Below, piece by piece: positions 41,154 through 54,358 of a stretch of 64,000 bases of DNA. The notes below the pieces were generated by a model. The model had not been told where the DNA came from, did no database searches, and saw only the letters and a program-made list of their open reading frames with translations. The position numbers and the translations under genes were made by a program. Every line of letters begins with the position of its first letter. Position 1 is the first letter of the stretch. This stretch comes from Epiperipatus broadwayi (lineage: Eukaryota; Animalia; Onychophora): positions 19,282,001 to 19,346,000 of the forward strand of contig JAQFVV010000003.1 of NCBI GenBank assembly GCA_028023455.1, written 5' to 3'.

Positions 41154-44004
41154 TGTAAAGAAAACATATTAAGTATATTCCAAGTTTATTCCCAGTATTA
41201 GCAATTTCCTATAATTGGGAAACATCCTTTTCTATGTATTAATAAAATAGAAAATGATCATTAAATCAAGGGTGTTACTCATCTAAACTGAATAAATACT
41301 TATTGCAAATATTAATAAAAACAATATAAAGAATGTAAGTTCTGTCATGTGTCATATATATATATGGAATAGTAGTAAATAAAATCTTATCTCTATCCAT
41401 ATTATGGTAAGGATATGTGATGGTAATCATACCTAATGTCATGTCACTACATAGGAAGGATTATCCAAATTTCATTAAAATTTTTTTTTATTTAAACTAA
41501 CAACTTTCTTCCCCCATATTCTAAAATTTTGGTTTCCAAATGCGATTATGAACAAAGCTAATAATAATAATAATAAAACAAATTCTATCAACATATATAT
41601 AAAGAATAAATTTTTTTTTTTTTTACCACATAACATATTGATGTTTCTTTATGATGATTGGCATGAAGCAGTGAGTTAGACAACTACAATTTTCTAATAT
41701 GCGTCATTTGTTAATGTATCAAATAAAATATTATAGTAGTTTAGGCAATCCTTGCAAAGAATCCTCAATGAAGTATTTCCTATTGTTATTCTTCTTTCGA
41801 TATCCATGAGTACATTTAGATGTGATATCTAAAATTCTTGGACAGGAATCACACAGTTGAAAAAAATATTGCACATTTTCTGGTAGGGGCTGATAAATGC
41901 TAAGCTCTACAACATTATAAAAAATATAAATAAAATTTTATGTAGTTATTTAGGTATTTGTTATTAATTTTTTTTTATACGAGCAGAATTATTCCTTGGC
42001 AAATATGTATACATATATAATGTATTTATATTCTATTCTGTTGCTTGATTTGTATTCAAAGAATAGCTTAGTCCTTTTTATATCAAATATATATTTATAT
42101 CATTGAAATTATTTCTTACAAATCCTTAAGTTTGTCATGAAGGTTTTGATTTAAATATTAATAATTATTTCTGGCAATATACTTTGTAACCATTCAGTAA
42201 TTATTTAAAATGTTCAGATAAGTTATATATTTTCCTCTAGATTTGATCATTCAAATTTTTGATATTGTCTTCTATAACTTATATATATCTTATTATTCTA
42301 TATATATATAGTAGCAAGAAGAAAATGGAAATGAACATTTTATTGTTATATTGTCCTCAGATTCTATTGTTTATTATTATAGTTTTATTTCCTTTTTCAT
42401 GACTATATATTGTGACCCTGTGTTTTTTCACATTGTCTTTATTAAATGCTTTAATTTAATAATTAAGCTACTTTATTCTAAAAAAATATAAAAATTATAA
42501 TAAAAAGAAAAAGAAAAGAGTAACTTTATTTTGTATAAATCATGGTATTTAGCTCTTGTGCACTAAGTTTTATTTATTTAATCCATTATGAAGCATAAGA
42601 TAGATAACATGATAATATTTAATAAATCAAAAAACTGTAACAAAGATATAATTTTTATATTAAGAAAATGCATGCTTTAGATTAAGTTATCACTTACTTT
42701 ATTAAGAAAGAAAGCTAAAAAGAGCTAATATTATAATAAAGTTTAAAAATATTAATAGATAATTTATTAATGTTAAATTATAATGATATAATTATAGACA
42801 AAGTAATTAATCATCCAAATTAAATTACTATTTAATAAGTTTTTAAAAATATATATCTCTCTCTAAATAAAGCTTAGTGGTTAATTAAATAATGTTAACT
42901 GTTTAAAAAAAGGTAAATTATTAAGTTAATTTAACTTAGAAAAATGTTATTTCCTTTATACATGTGTGTTTAAATTGCCAAGTTATTTAAATTTAATCAA
43001 TAAATATTTAACTACTTCAGCTTCAAGCCGCCATATTGAACTTTTTAAAATAATGGCCTGAGACACAATTTTCATAATAACTTCAGTTTTAATTATGTTA
43101 GAACAAAAACAATTACATTGCTAGAAACTAGAAAAATTAAGAAAAACAATAAGCATAAAATAAATAGTGATAACTATATAAAAAATAAGGGAAAAAAAGA
43201 AATTTTCACATTCGAAATAATTATTATTTTATTGTTTGTTCATAATTTGGAAATTAACATTAACTAAAATTCAAAATACATCTTCAGTGATAATTTCTTT
43301 CTATTCCTTACAAAATTATCTTTCTAAACATGTATAATATATCTTACCTGAGATAATCCATAGCTTCACAATCTCCAAACAAAGTCGGATATGACTTGTT
43401 CATTTCTATCTTGTACCCCAAATGTTCTAAATATCAAAGGCGTCTATAAAGAAAAAGATTCATCCTAATAAAAGATACAAAAGAAATCATCATAGCAATT
43501 GGCTTCTTGTATGTCTAAAACTAGAAATTGTAGGCTACTTTCTATATCACTGATAAAATGAGTTTTATCTCTTCATTTTATATTTTTTGTGTGTACAATA
43601 GTGATGTTTATATTCATTGTGATCACCAATGATGTTTATATTCTTTATGCAGTGCACAAGTGATGTTTATATTTTTTATGTACAGAAGTGATGCTATCTT
43701 GTTATATTTATTGTACCACAGATATAATTTATTTGCATATAGTCTATAGACTTGAAAATAATGTTATGAAACATATAGCAAAAGCAAAGCATGATCAAGC
43801 ATAAACATAAACAAGAATCAGAATTGGATTATATGTTTGTGTATGCAATGTCTGTCTGTATACATTTGTTTATTAGTCTTATAACTCATTGCTTGTAAAC
43901 CATATAATATAAACATAATTAATGGTTTTCAAAAAGTATACTTTTTGAAAATGATTATTTTTATAAAAATAAGAGGATTAGTGTACATAAAACTTTAGAA
44001 AATT

Positions 44005-44290
44005 ACGATATGAATTATATACTAATGAGTTAATTATGATATGAATTCTATATGAGTAAATATATAATTACAAACTAAATCACACTAATTTTTCGATAAA
44101 TATGAATTCTATGTGAGCATAAATAAATGTATTACAAACTACCTTTAGAAAATTATGATAAATATGAATTCTATACGACCATAAATATATAATTACACAC
44201 ACACCAATTTTTCAATAGATTGAATTGTATATGAGCGTAAATAAATAAATATATAACTACAAATTAGCACACACTAATTACAAACTAAAA
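44005..44290. repeat. Degenerate minisatellite, about 55-60-bp unit
   Basis: Recurrent tatgaattctat...taattaca...acactaattt motifs. Confidence 0.6.
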
Positions 44291-47200
44291 TTAATAAAAA
44301 ATATATTTTTTCAAAAAATTAAAAAAAAAAATTAAAAAATTTTACTTACGAATAATTACGTTCTTAGTCTGTTGTAAGCCTTGTTTGAGAATAATACCGA
44401 AGAAAACTTCACTTGCAGCCATAAAACATTTTATGTCTTTTATCATTTCGTGATAAGTACAAAAATTACCAAAAAAACAAAAAAATTAAATACTGTGGTT
44501 GATTAAAAAATTCGCCAAAAATCTAAATTTCGACCGATTTTTTTGAAATAAAGATCGTTTGAAAGCTAACATATATAGCTAAAAACGGCCATATTTTCTT
44601 CGACGTCATCATTATACTTTTTACGTCAGCAAAGAAAGAAAATAGCACATCATCAAATGAGCACCGAAGGGCGCAAATGATGCCAACAAACCGGAAGTAG
44701 TTAAACTAGATATTTTAATAAACTTAGCAAATTGAGGGTTAAATGTTTAAATTCGAATTTCTGATAAATTAGTCAAAGAAAAAGTAATGTTTGTTTTTTT
44801 TAAAAAAGAGTAAAATATTATTTAATTATTTTATTTAATTTATTAATTAATAAAGTTCAGTTAACCTTTTCTTCACCCCAAACCATTAAATCATGTGAAT
44901 TTTTAAAATATCTAGATCAAAATTATATAATTTCATTAATTAGTTCCTTGTTGTAGTTAACATATTTGACCACACAAGTCATAATGTCAAAGGGAGGTCA
45001 TTAGTGTTATGGGATGATATTAATTTTGACACCTATCAAAGGGGGTATAAAAAGAGAAGATGGTCAGTTTGCAGTGATCATCTTCCTGGACAGCTTCTCC
45101 ATTTTTATCATCTCCTGATTGACCATGTTGTCACTGCAATCTTGAAAAAATAATTTTTTATAACTATTTTTATTTTATCTAAAGTATAAAGTTACTAAAA
45201 TTTTTGGTATTTATTAATTTATAAGGCTGTGTTAGCCAATTCTTAAGGTAATCTTGCTATTTATAATTCAATTTGAACTCTCTTTACTACTAATACAATG
45301 CTTCAGAAGAATAACTCAATTATAAAAAGTCAATTTCATCAGTTATGTTTAAAAATAGATTTTAATAGAAACCAGATGATGTCTTCATTAATATTAATTC
45401 ATAAAATCATACTAGACATTGTACTAATTTACTTTGTTCTATTATCTTTTGTCTGTAGAAGAAAGAAATTAAAGTTGAAGTTTTAAAAATATAGACTGGT
45501 TTAAAAATTGGACTAAAAATATGCAGTTATATTGAATATTCTACCTGTTATACAATGCTAGAAATAATAATTTCTATTAATTTTGAATAGAAATAATGAA
45601 ATGGTTCTACAGTATGAACTTTATAATTATTAATAACTTCTCATCTTTAGCACAGGAAGAATTTATTTAAATGCATTTCTTTTTTCCAAATTTTACTATA
45701 AAAAAATATTCATGAGGAAAAAAACTTAAGAAATTAAAAAAAAAAAAAAGCAGGAGAACTTTAATATGCTCCGTTCACTTAATATAACATTCCAAAATAC
45801 TTTGAATGAATTTTTCTCAAGAATTTAATGAAATGACTATTTTAAAATAAGATATGCTTTGCAAAAATAACTACAATGGATATTAAATAATGTGTTGTGT
45901 TTAAATGTGGATTAATAAAATTTGATAGTGATTTAAAAAAAAAAGAAATTACTAAAATAATATTTTGAAATGACTTTCTTCATTTTAAATTTAAAACTTG
46001 CTTCTTTTAAAAGAAGGAAGAAATATGAATGTATTGCTTAGTTTAAAATAAAACCACAGACTCCATAACTCAACAGACCATTTACTTTATTGTTATACAT
46101 CGCTGAATGAATATTGGTTAGCTAACTAATATGCGTTAACCAATTTCTTCAAATGGATCCAAATTTATTATTTAATTTAGAATTAAGGGTTTTATTAATG
46201 TTTTTGTCTTTATGCTTATATCTGGAAATCATATTTGCCTTGTTAATTAAAAAAAAATTATTTGAATGGTATAGATACTTCGTTCTATGGATAACCTGTC
46301 AAGGAAAGACCTTGTGCCCTCGACAGACCGCTCATTACAAAAAGTTTCGCTAATGAACTAAAGTGTTTTTTTTTTAAAAAATATACAATTTTTTTTTAAA
46401 TTTTATTTTATTATGATGATATTTTTAAGTAAAGGTAAAATGATTATTATTATGATATTGTTCTTTAAAAGGGTTTATTACAGCCTAGACATTGCAAGAT
46501 AAAAATTCATAGAATTTGACATTTGTATTGCTTTTATTTAAGTAGTTATAATTCTATAATGCCTTTTATTCAAGTAGAGGTATTTATCTCTCACATATAT
46601 TTTTAAACTAATGCTTATTAGTGTTTCATTTCCCATAGGTAAATAGCTAGTATATGTTTATCAGAAATTCAATATTTCATAATTATTATAATATAATAAT
46701 TTTATGGTTAAACTTTAATTTAACTGAACATTTATTAGTCATTTTTATTAGTATTTACTTTGCTATTACATTTTTATCTTTATAAATTTTATGTTGTTCT
46801 TTGTATATATATGTATTTCCTATTTAATGTAGAATTTTACTGTGCTTTTTTAAATATTTTACAGTCATTTAACTGACCGTGAACTCTTTGGTTTCAGACA
46901 TTGCTTAATGTTTGCAATTTTAGTGTAAATATTAATTTACCTAGTTTTATTAGTGATAATTTTGGTATCTTGTCATCATTTAGCTTAGAGCATTAGATTT
47001 TATTTATTGCTAGTTTGCTTATTGTGTTTTGCGGGATGGAGATGCTGACCCCATTGTTCACATTTTATATTCCCTGTGAGGATAGTGTTTGTATTTAGTA
47101 TCGCTTTTATATGTTGCTTAGGTACTCCTGTCCCATGAGAGATGATATTTTTGGTGGGTATTATGTTTTTCCTTATGTAAGAGACTATGTCCACACATAC

Positions 47201-50099
47201 ATTTTTTTCCTTAGATATAGGTATTGGAATCCACCATGCTTTTATTCATGTTGTTTGCTCTGAGGAGCCTATCTTCATTATCCTATCCCTCATAATGTTA
47301 TTAAATATTTTTCCACCACAGTAGGTGAAGTTGCTTGTGCTTTAGAAATGATATGGCAATGATAAGTTAGTTATTGAAGTATTTAGTTCTTCAAGGTGCA
47401 CTTTGTTATTTGCAATGCTTTGTTAAATGTAACAGTATATTGTGCTACTGTGCTTTGCCAGTAGTCCACAAGTAAATCAACAAAGTATTAATAAGTTTAA
47501 ATGCATATTCTCAGCACATAACATTATAAGTAATGCACATATTCAATGTTATTTGTTTTCACCATTTGGAGCACTTCGCTGATGGATTAGTAAGTTATTT
47601 AATATTAAATATATAGTATTTTTGTGACATAATTCCAGTATAATATGTGCTTACATGACTTCTGATGAATGATCCATACATTTCTTTAAATTTTATTTAA
47701 AAAGAATAAAATAGTGCTATAGACAATAGTATTTTATTCGTCTGGATATGATAGTTATTTTTATCATGCAGGTTTGCTTATTCAAACTCAGTCACAGTAT
47801 AATTCAGGTTGACGATAGTTTAATCTGTAAATAAAAATCATTATGAGTTGTTACCTGACAAGGGAGTATTTTAAATAAATTGTATTGCTTAGCTTATGAT
47901 TTAAGCCATTGCTGTTTTAATTCTTTAAACCATACTTTTGTTAAAATTGGGTGATATAACCAGGTTAATTATAAAATAAGTTAGCCGAATGTTTAAATCA
48001 ATTTTCCATCAAGTATATTTTGTTGGATAACTCATCCTAATATTTTTAAAACCTTAGATTGTTTGTTAGTGAGGTCGTGATATGCCACTTAGGGCAACAT
48101 CCTATCAGATATTTTAACAGCGCCTATGTTGGGCAAATGACTTTCCAAAATACTGTAAATAAACTTTGCATATGTTGTATTTAAATGTTAATAAATGTAT
48201 TTGTTATAATGTGAATCTAGTTTCTATTTTTCTATATGCAATTTGTCTTGTGTTCATAATTTCTTATTTATGATAGAAATCTTGGTAAATCAAATGATCG
48301 ATTTTATGCAGATCCAATATCTCAATGCAAATATTCCATTAATGTTTCAATTTCAAGATGGAATTATAATCAAAAGAAATAAATATTTCTTTAATCTTGC
48401 TTTGGATTACTTGATCCATTTTTCAGACTGAACATTATTTATTTATTTTATTAGTAAAAGTACAAAGAAATCACAATTAATTTGTGTTGTTGATGGGGTA
48501 GTAGAAAGGGTAAAAGCCTGAAATCCAGGCAAAGCTGCTTGGAGCGTTGATGCTAGACAAAATCTATGAAATATAATGTTACCGGGCCGTCGCAACCTTT
48601 TCTTTTTTTTTTAGACAACAAGGTTTTTTTAATTTTATATAATTTGTTTACATAATTGATAAGCAAATTAAACACTTCTTTATGTAATGATTATTGTTAT
48701 TATAGTATATATGTCTCCTAGAATCTGCCAGGATGTTAGTTATTTATTTGGCAACACAATGCAACCATAAGCTTTCTAAAAATTAACAAGAACCCTGAGA
48801 TTATTATTTATTAAATTATTAATCATTAATCAATTCATTTATATTATAATTCTGGTGGTGGCAAAAGAAATTCATTATTATTTATTGCATTATTAGAAAA
48901 GTACATTATGCTTGCATTCTACAAGAGTAGAGTAGATCAGATCATGTCAATGAATAATTGTTTGGTATTAGATAATTGTTATACAAGATATCAAAGAAAA
49001 GATATAAGGACTCTATTAGATGTTACCTTAAGTGCAAATTATTTATTGCTCAGAGAATATATTTTGATAGGGAAAATTTATATATTAAAAATGTTATATA
49101 GGCAAGAGTGAAATTTTTTCCTCTTCCAGTTGTTCATTTGTTCTATAATTATGCATATTATTATTGCTTAGAAATTTCCTTTTATCTTAATAGAAGTCTC
49201 TGTAGCAAAAGTGATAGTGAACTAACCAACCACTGAACTTAGCCCGAATTGATTATTTATTTGTATCATAATAATCAACACTAGTCTCATCGTCATTATT
49301 AGTAATACGATATATTTTACATCGTCAATTATTTTATTTAACATATTTTATTTGGTTAGAATATATATATATATATTTTAAATTAGAATTTATTAGTCAA
49401 TTATATATACAAGACAAGTACAATGTATTTTCATGGTTATTAAGCATTGCTATCTATGGTTTATCTTGTATATAAACCTCCAGCGATACGTGGTAGAGCT
49501 TGTGGCTGCGAGGGTTTATTCGTAATTGAAAGTTCTTGGATTTTTTAGGGGTGGAATATTCAGGTTTTAGGCAACTGATAAATTGCCCAAGTGTCTTTAA
49601 TTATTCCCATAGAGGCTACTATTCAGTCTCTTATCTTAATTTTCTCTATGATCTTGCAGAATGTAAAGATTAAATGACAGTTATTATTTTTGAAGATTAA
49701 TTGACATCGTAACAATATATTAGTTTTCTAAGGTGATTGCTGATCTACCTAGAGTGATGTATAAATTAAAGTAGCATATTTAATTTCATCAATCATGTTT
49801 CAGTACCCTGATCACTTATGATAACTCGAAGGCCTAATGCATGAGGTGTTTAACTATTGTTAATAATCAAATGCGAAAATTAATGATGATTTGTGAAGCT
49901 CTGCACTGCTATTAAATGCCGTTGTGGGAGACTCTGTAAGAGATTCGATGTAGAATGTATGAGTGAAAATCAGAGCAGCACTTGAAATCAAATGTTCAAA
50001 TATAGTCCATTAACATTCACTGTTGAGCAAATAATTTATTAATTTATTATATAAAATCTATGGCTTACAATACAATCATTGAACCACAATGTATAATGT

Positions 50100-50760
50100 T
50101 GTTATTGCTAATAAATTGAACGAGATATCTGATTCGGATAACGATCCCACAGTGCTCTCCTCCCAGCTCCACCTGCAGAGGGACTAGGATTTAGTCCCCC
50201 AGGGACCCCCCCCACAATCAGACACTCATTCAATCAGCAAAGTTGAGTTAAATCTAAATTTTTCTTCAAAATCAAATTTTCCAATAGACTTCTCCAGAAA
50301 CTTACTTGTTAAATTTAGCGCTAATTTTGGTGTTGAGCATTTTAAATAGAATGACGTTTTGAGAGACAATTTAAAAGATTTGATACAGGATGTATGGGTG
50401 AAAGTTAGAGGAAAACTTGAAAATGATATTCAAATCCAGTCAAAAACCAATCACTGTTGGGCAAAGTATTCCTTAAATTAGGTAAAATCTCTGGTTTATA
50501 ACGCAAGTAATTAAACTGCCATGAATAACATTATTCTTGCTAACAAATGAGCTATTCAATTTTTGTTAACGATCTCCACAGCGCCCTTCTCCCAGTTCTG
50601 GCCCATAAAAGAACTGGGATTTAGGCCCCCAGAGATCATCCCAACAATCAGACACTCTCATTCAGTCAGCAAAGTTGAGTTAAATCAAAGTATCTTTTGA
50701 AAATTAAATTTTTCCATAGAATTCTCTAGAAACTTGAATGGCTGACATTTACTTCTAATA
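50100..50760. repeat. Old duplication (about 430-bp offset) containing a conserved GC-rich hairpin
   Basis: 50143-50255 aligns with 50571-50687; near-identical tail caatcagacact(ct)cattca.tcagcaaagttgagttaaatc. Confidence 0.8.
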
Positions 50761-51844
50761 GCGTTTTAAAGAAAGTTGTTATAGTTCTTAGTTATCAGTT
50801 GGTGCCATAATTCTTGTCTGAAAGAAGACCTAAGAGATAACTCTTGTCAATTGGAAACAGTTTAGGGAAATATCATTCCCCAAACTATAACTGTGGTAAC
50901 TAAAACAGGGAGTCGGTAACAATGAACTGGAGTCCTTGGCTCCCTCTAGTGGAATATTATTGTGTGCATTATTTTAACGATAATCAAAAGAAAATCACTT
51001 AGTAGAATTTTGTTTTTTCATCTTCTGTATTTGGAAATCTAGTGACGAGTTTGACATTGGGTCATTATCATACTTACTTAGTCAAAGTCTGATCAAAATA
51101 ATGTAAAACATATTTATTAATTTATTATTAATATACATATATATTATTACAATTACTATTATTATTTTCTTTTAATGGGGACTTTCTATCTTTTTAGTAG
51201 ACATTCAAATTTGATTGATTTTGATTATTAATATAATTAACAATATACGCGTTTGTTGTATCTGCACGTATATATGTGTGTATAGTTAGTTTATATGTGA
51301 CAATATAGGTTAATTTGGTTATCAACTAAAGTTATATTAAAATGATTTGGTGGTGGGAGTGACAAAGTTCGATTGTAAGCTACCCTTACAGTATCTAGCA
51401 TATGTGATTTTCATTAAGAGTTTAACATAACATGAGGATGAAATTTGAACAATCAAGAAAATATGAAATTAAATGCTATTCTTTTTTTTTGTAGTTGGTA
51501 TAGTAATTAAAAGCTCGAAATGCTTGTGTTAAAAATCTACCCAATTATAATAAATGCAATTAAGCACTGATAAACTGTACAACAAAGAGGTTAAGCCTAT
51601 CTCATGGTAATTATATGTTAGAGGTAAAAGAAAATATACAACAATTTAGAAGATTAATTCAGAATATTAAATACACTGAAATTTGTTCTAGATAATCCTT
51701 TTAGGAAGATTAGCATTTGAGATCTCTTCAGCTCCTATGGGAATCAATTTTTCTGAATAATGGATCATTTTGGATGACGAATTATGAGAAATTTGAATTA
51801 GAGTGGTTCACATTTGTCCTATACCTCTAATGCCTTAGTGTTTG

Positions 51845-52020
51845 AAATTCCAGAAAGACAGCTAAAAAACGGGGGGGGGGGTAACCCAAATAATTACCAA
51901 ATTGTTTTGGAAAACCAAAAGTCAATTTAGTGAGTGTAACTAGGGCTATTATGATTTACTTCTTGAGAAATCCAGAAAGACAGCTAAAAAGAATGGGGGA
52001 GCAACCCAAGTAATTACCAA
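51845..52020. repeat. Short dispersed duplication, about 55 bp
   Basis: gaaa.tccagaaagacagctaaaaa...ggggg..aacccaa.taattaccaa at about 51845 and 51967. Confidence 0.75.
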
Positions 52021-53732
52021 AGAGTAACTTGAGTAATGATTCTCTATTTAAACAAAGGCTATTCTTATTATTAACTTCATGCTAACATAAAAGATACACA
52101 TTAGTTATACATATAATGGAACCAGATCATTTGCAGCAGAATAAATGGATATTATATATGCAAATAAATCAAACACCAAGTTTGAGTATATAAAATGTTC
52201 TAACTTGATGTCATAAAGATAAAAATCTCAATATTAATCTTTGAAGATTTTTACTTTGTAATAGATTAAAATTCTATTAATATGCCAAGAATGTGATGTA
52301 AAAATATAAGCTACTACAAAGAATGATTCTCAGTGATCAATAGTGAGAGTCTTACTATAAAATGTTCAACTCAATGTTAGATTACTTACATATATATCTG
52401 AGGAATTCTAAGAATTGTATATTATACACACATACATGTAATGATAATTAATAGTTTTATACTGAACAAATATAATCATGTGATAATCATCAATTAATGG
52501 TCATTTTCCTCTATAAAAAGTTATTAAAACATGACAGCTAAAGGCAGTTTAAATAAACTTAGTAATTATCATGTGATTCTATCTATATACAATACTTTAA
52601 ATAATTTAATGAAAAAAAAAATAGTAAAGATTTTCTTTGGCATTGATAGAATTTTCTGTTAAACACTTTTCTGAACCTCAAATTAGATTTGAAAGCATTA
52701 TTTAGAAGTGAATATAGAGGTGTTAATAGAAAAATTCTTGGCCTGATCTTGTTTTTAGTTTTAATATAAAATCATATATGTATTTTGGCTCACTACTTAG
52801 TGTGTGTGCTTTTGTTTGAGCCTACAAGACCTAAAGATTTGAAAAATCCTGGATCAAAACCAAGAGACAGAGGAAAATAACCCAGATGAGCCCCAAATTT
52901 GTTTCTGAAAACAAGTTGTTTAATTAATATTGTTCATTATAAAGATTCTCTTTTATGATTATTTCTTAATAACAGAATAGATCCAAATGTATTTGATATT
53001 AGATGATTTTTATATAAATCGATATTTTACCAATTACTATCATCATCACAATCATTTTTAATCAATATTGATTAATTGCAGGGTAAAGGTCTCTTAAAAT
53101 TTAATCCAGTTTCTCCAATCTCTAGCTTTTTTTCTCCACATCACTTCCAGGACACTTTCTTATTTCATTCACACATCTCAAATGTGGTCTCTTTTCTAGA
53201 TATTTTACATTCTTCTGGAATCCAGTTTAATAAAGATTTCAACTGTCCATCCATTATCATTTCTTCTAGAAATATGTCAGCTCAGGTCCACTTCAGTCTC
53301 ATAATTCTTTCAATGATGCCAATAATACTTTTTTATTGTCTCCATCCATGTATTTCATTTTTGATCCTTTCTTGTTATTCCAAACATAATATCTCTATAT
53401 TTTGTTGAGTGGTTTGAAGTCACTGCTAAGTATCCAAATCTCAGATTCATATGTAAGAATTAGTAAAACTTATTTATTAATTATCTTTCTTTTCAAACAC
53501 AAAGACATATTTCCTTTTAATCTTAAGTCACTTTTACCTAAAGCAGTCCATCAAAATTTATTCTAGATTATTTTCATTCATTATGTTTTTCATCTGTATT
53601 AATAGTCTAACCAAAGTAATTGTATATAAACAGAACAAAAACTCTCCATACAGTATTGCCACCTGTGCTAAACAGAGTAATCAATGGATGCCAGAAGGCT
53701 TGTGCATAAAATCCCTATCTAATGTCTACTCA

Positions 53733-53789
53733 TCCAATATCCCCAGACTAGTTTCTGGCTTGTGGCCTTCGTCAGTGAGGAGCTTTGGA
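53733..53789 (-). ncRNA. Type I hammerhead ribozyme motif, intact, extended stem I
   Basis: TCCAA-agc-TCCTCA-CTGACGA-A-GGC(cacaa)GCC-A-GAAAC-TA-GTC^TGGGGA-ta-TTGGA; predicted cut between 53746 and 53745. Confidence 0.85.
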
Positions 53790-54186
53790 TCTGAGAGCAC
53801 TGCATCTAGATCTTAGGATCTAATGCAACCCTTTAGCAACCACCTTTTATCTCTACTTAACTACAAAACTATGAGAATGAAATTGGAAAACACAAAAAAT
53901 ATTTTCAATCTAAGCTCAATAGCTTATAGTCATATGGGTCTGAACTCAGTTCAGCACCCATACATTTTGGTGTCTTTGGCTCTTTTACAACCATAGCCAC
54001 CACTATCCTATTAGGCAGGATTGGTGTTAAACCATTAAGCATCACATGATCACATTTCCTATACTAGCACATTAATTGCTGATAAACAGAGCAAAACTCT
54101 CCATACAGTATTGCCACCTGTGCTAAACAGAGTAATCAATGGATGCCGAAGGCTTGTGCATAAAATCCCTATCTAATGCCTACTCA

Positions 54187-54234
54187 TCCAATATCCCCAG
54201 ACTAGTTTCTGGCTTGTGGTCTTCGTCAGTGAGG
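54187..54234 (-). ncRNA. Type I hammerhead motif (one stem II mismatch)
   Basis: CCTCA-CTGACGA-AGACcacaaGCCA-GAAACTAGTC^TGGGG; predicted cut between 54200 and 54199. Confidence 0.7.
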
Positions 54235-54301
54235 CCAGTGAGATCCAAAGCTCCTCACTGACGAAGGCTTGTGCATAAAATCCCTATCTAATGCCTACTC
54301 A

Positions 54302-54349
54302 TCCAATATCTCCAGACTAGTTTCTGGCTTGTGGCCTTCGTCAGTGAGG
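54302..54349 (-). ncRNA. Type I hammerhead motif (one stem I mismatch)
   Basis: CCTCA-CTGACGA-AGGCcacaaGCCA-GAAACTAGTC^TGGAG; predicted cut between 54315 and 54314. Confidence 0.75.
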
Positions 54350-54358
54350 CCAGTGAGA

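Noticed and set aside
44005-44290. CRISPR-like array
   Set aside because: Eukaryotic context, no unique spacers and no cas genes; a degenerate minisatellite.
49730-49815. C/D box snoRNA
   Set aside because: A terminal stem and CTGA are present, but the C box has two mismatches and I could not assign an rRNA target.
50571-50645. SECIS element on the minus strand (AUGA...AAA)
   Set aside because: The paralogous copy lacks AUGA, Watson-Crick pairing outcompetes the GA quartet, and the location is intronic.
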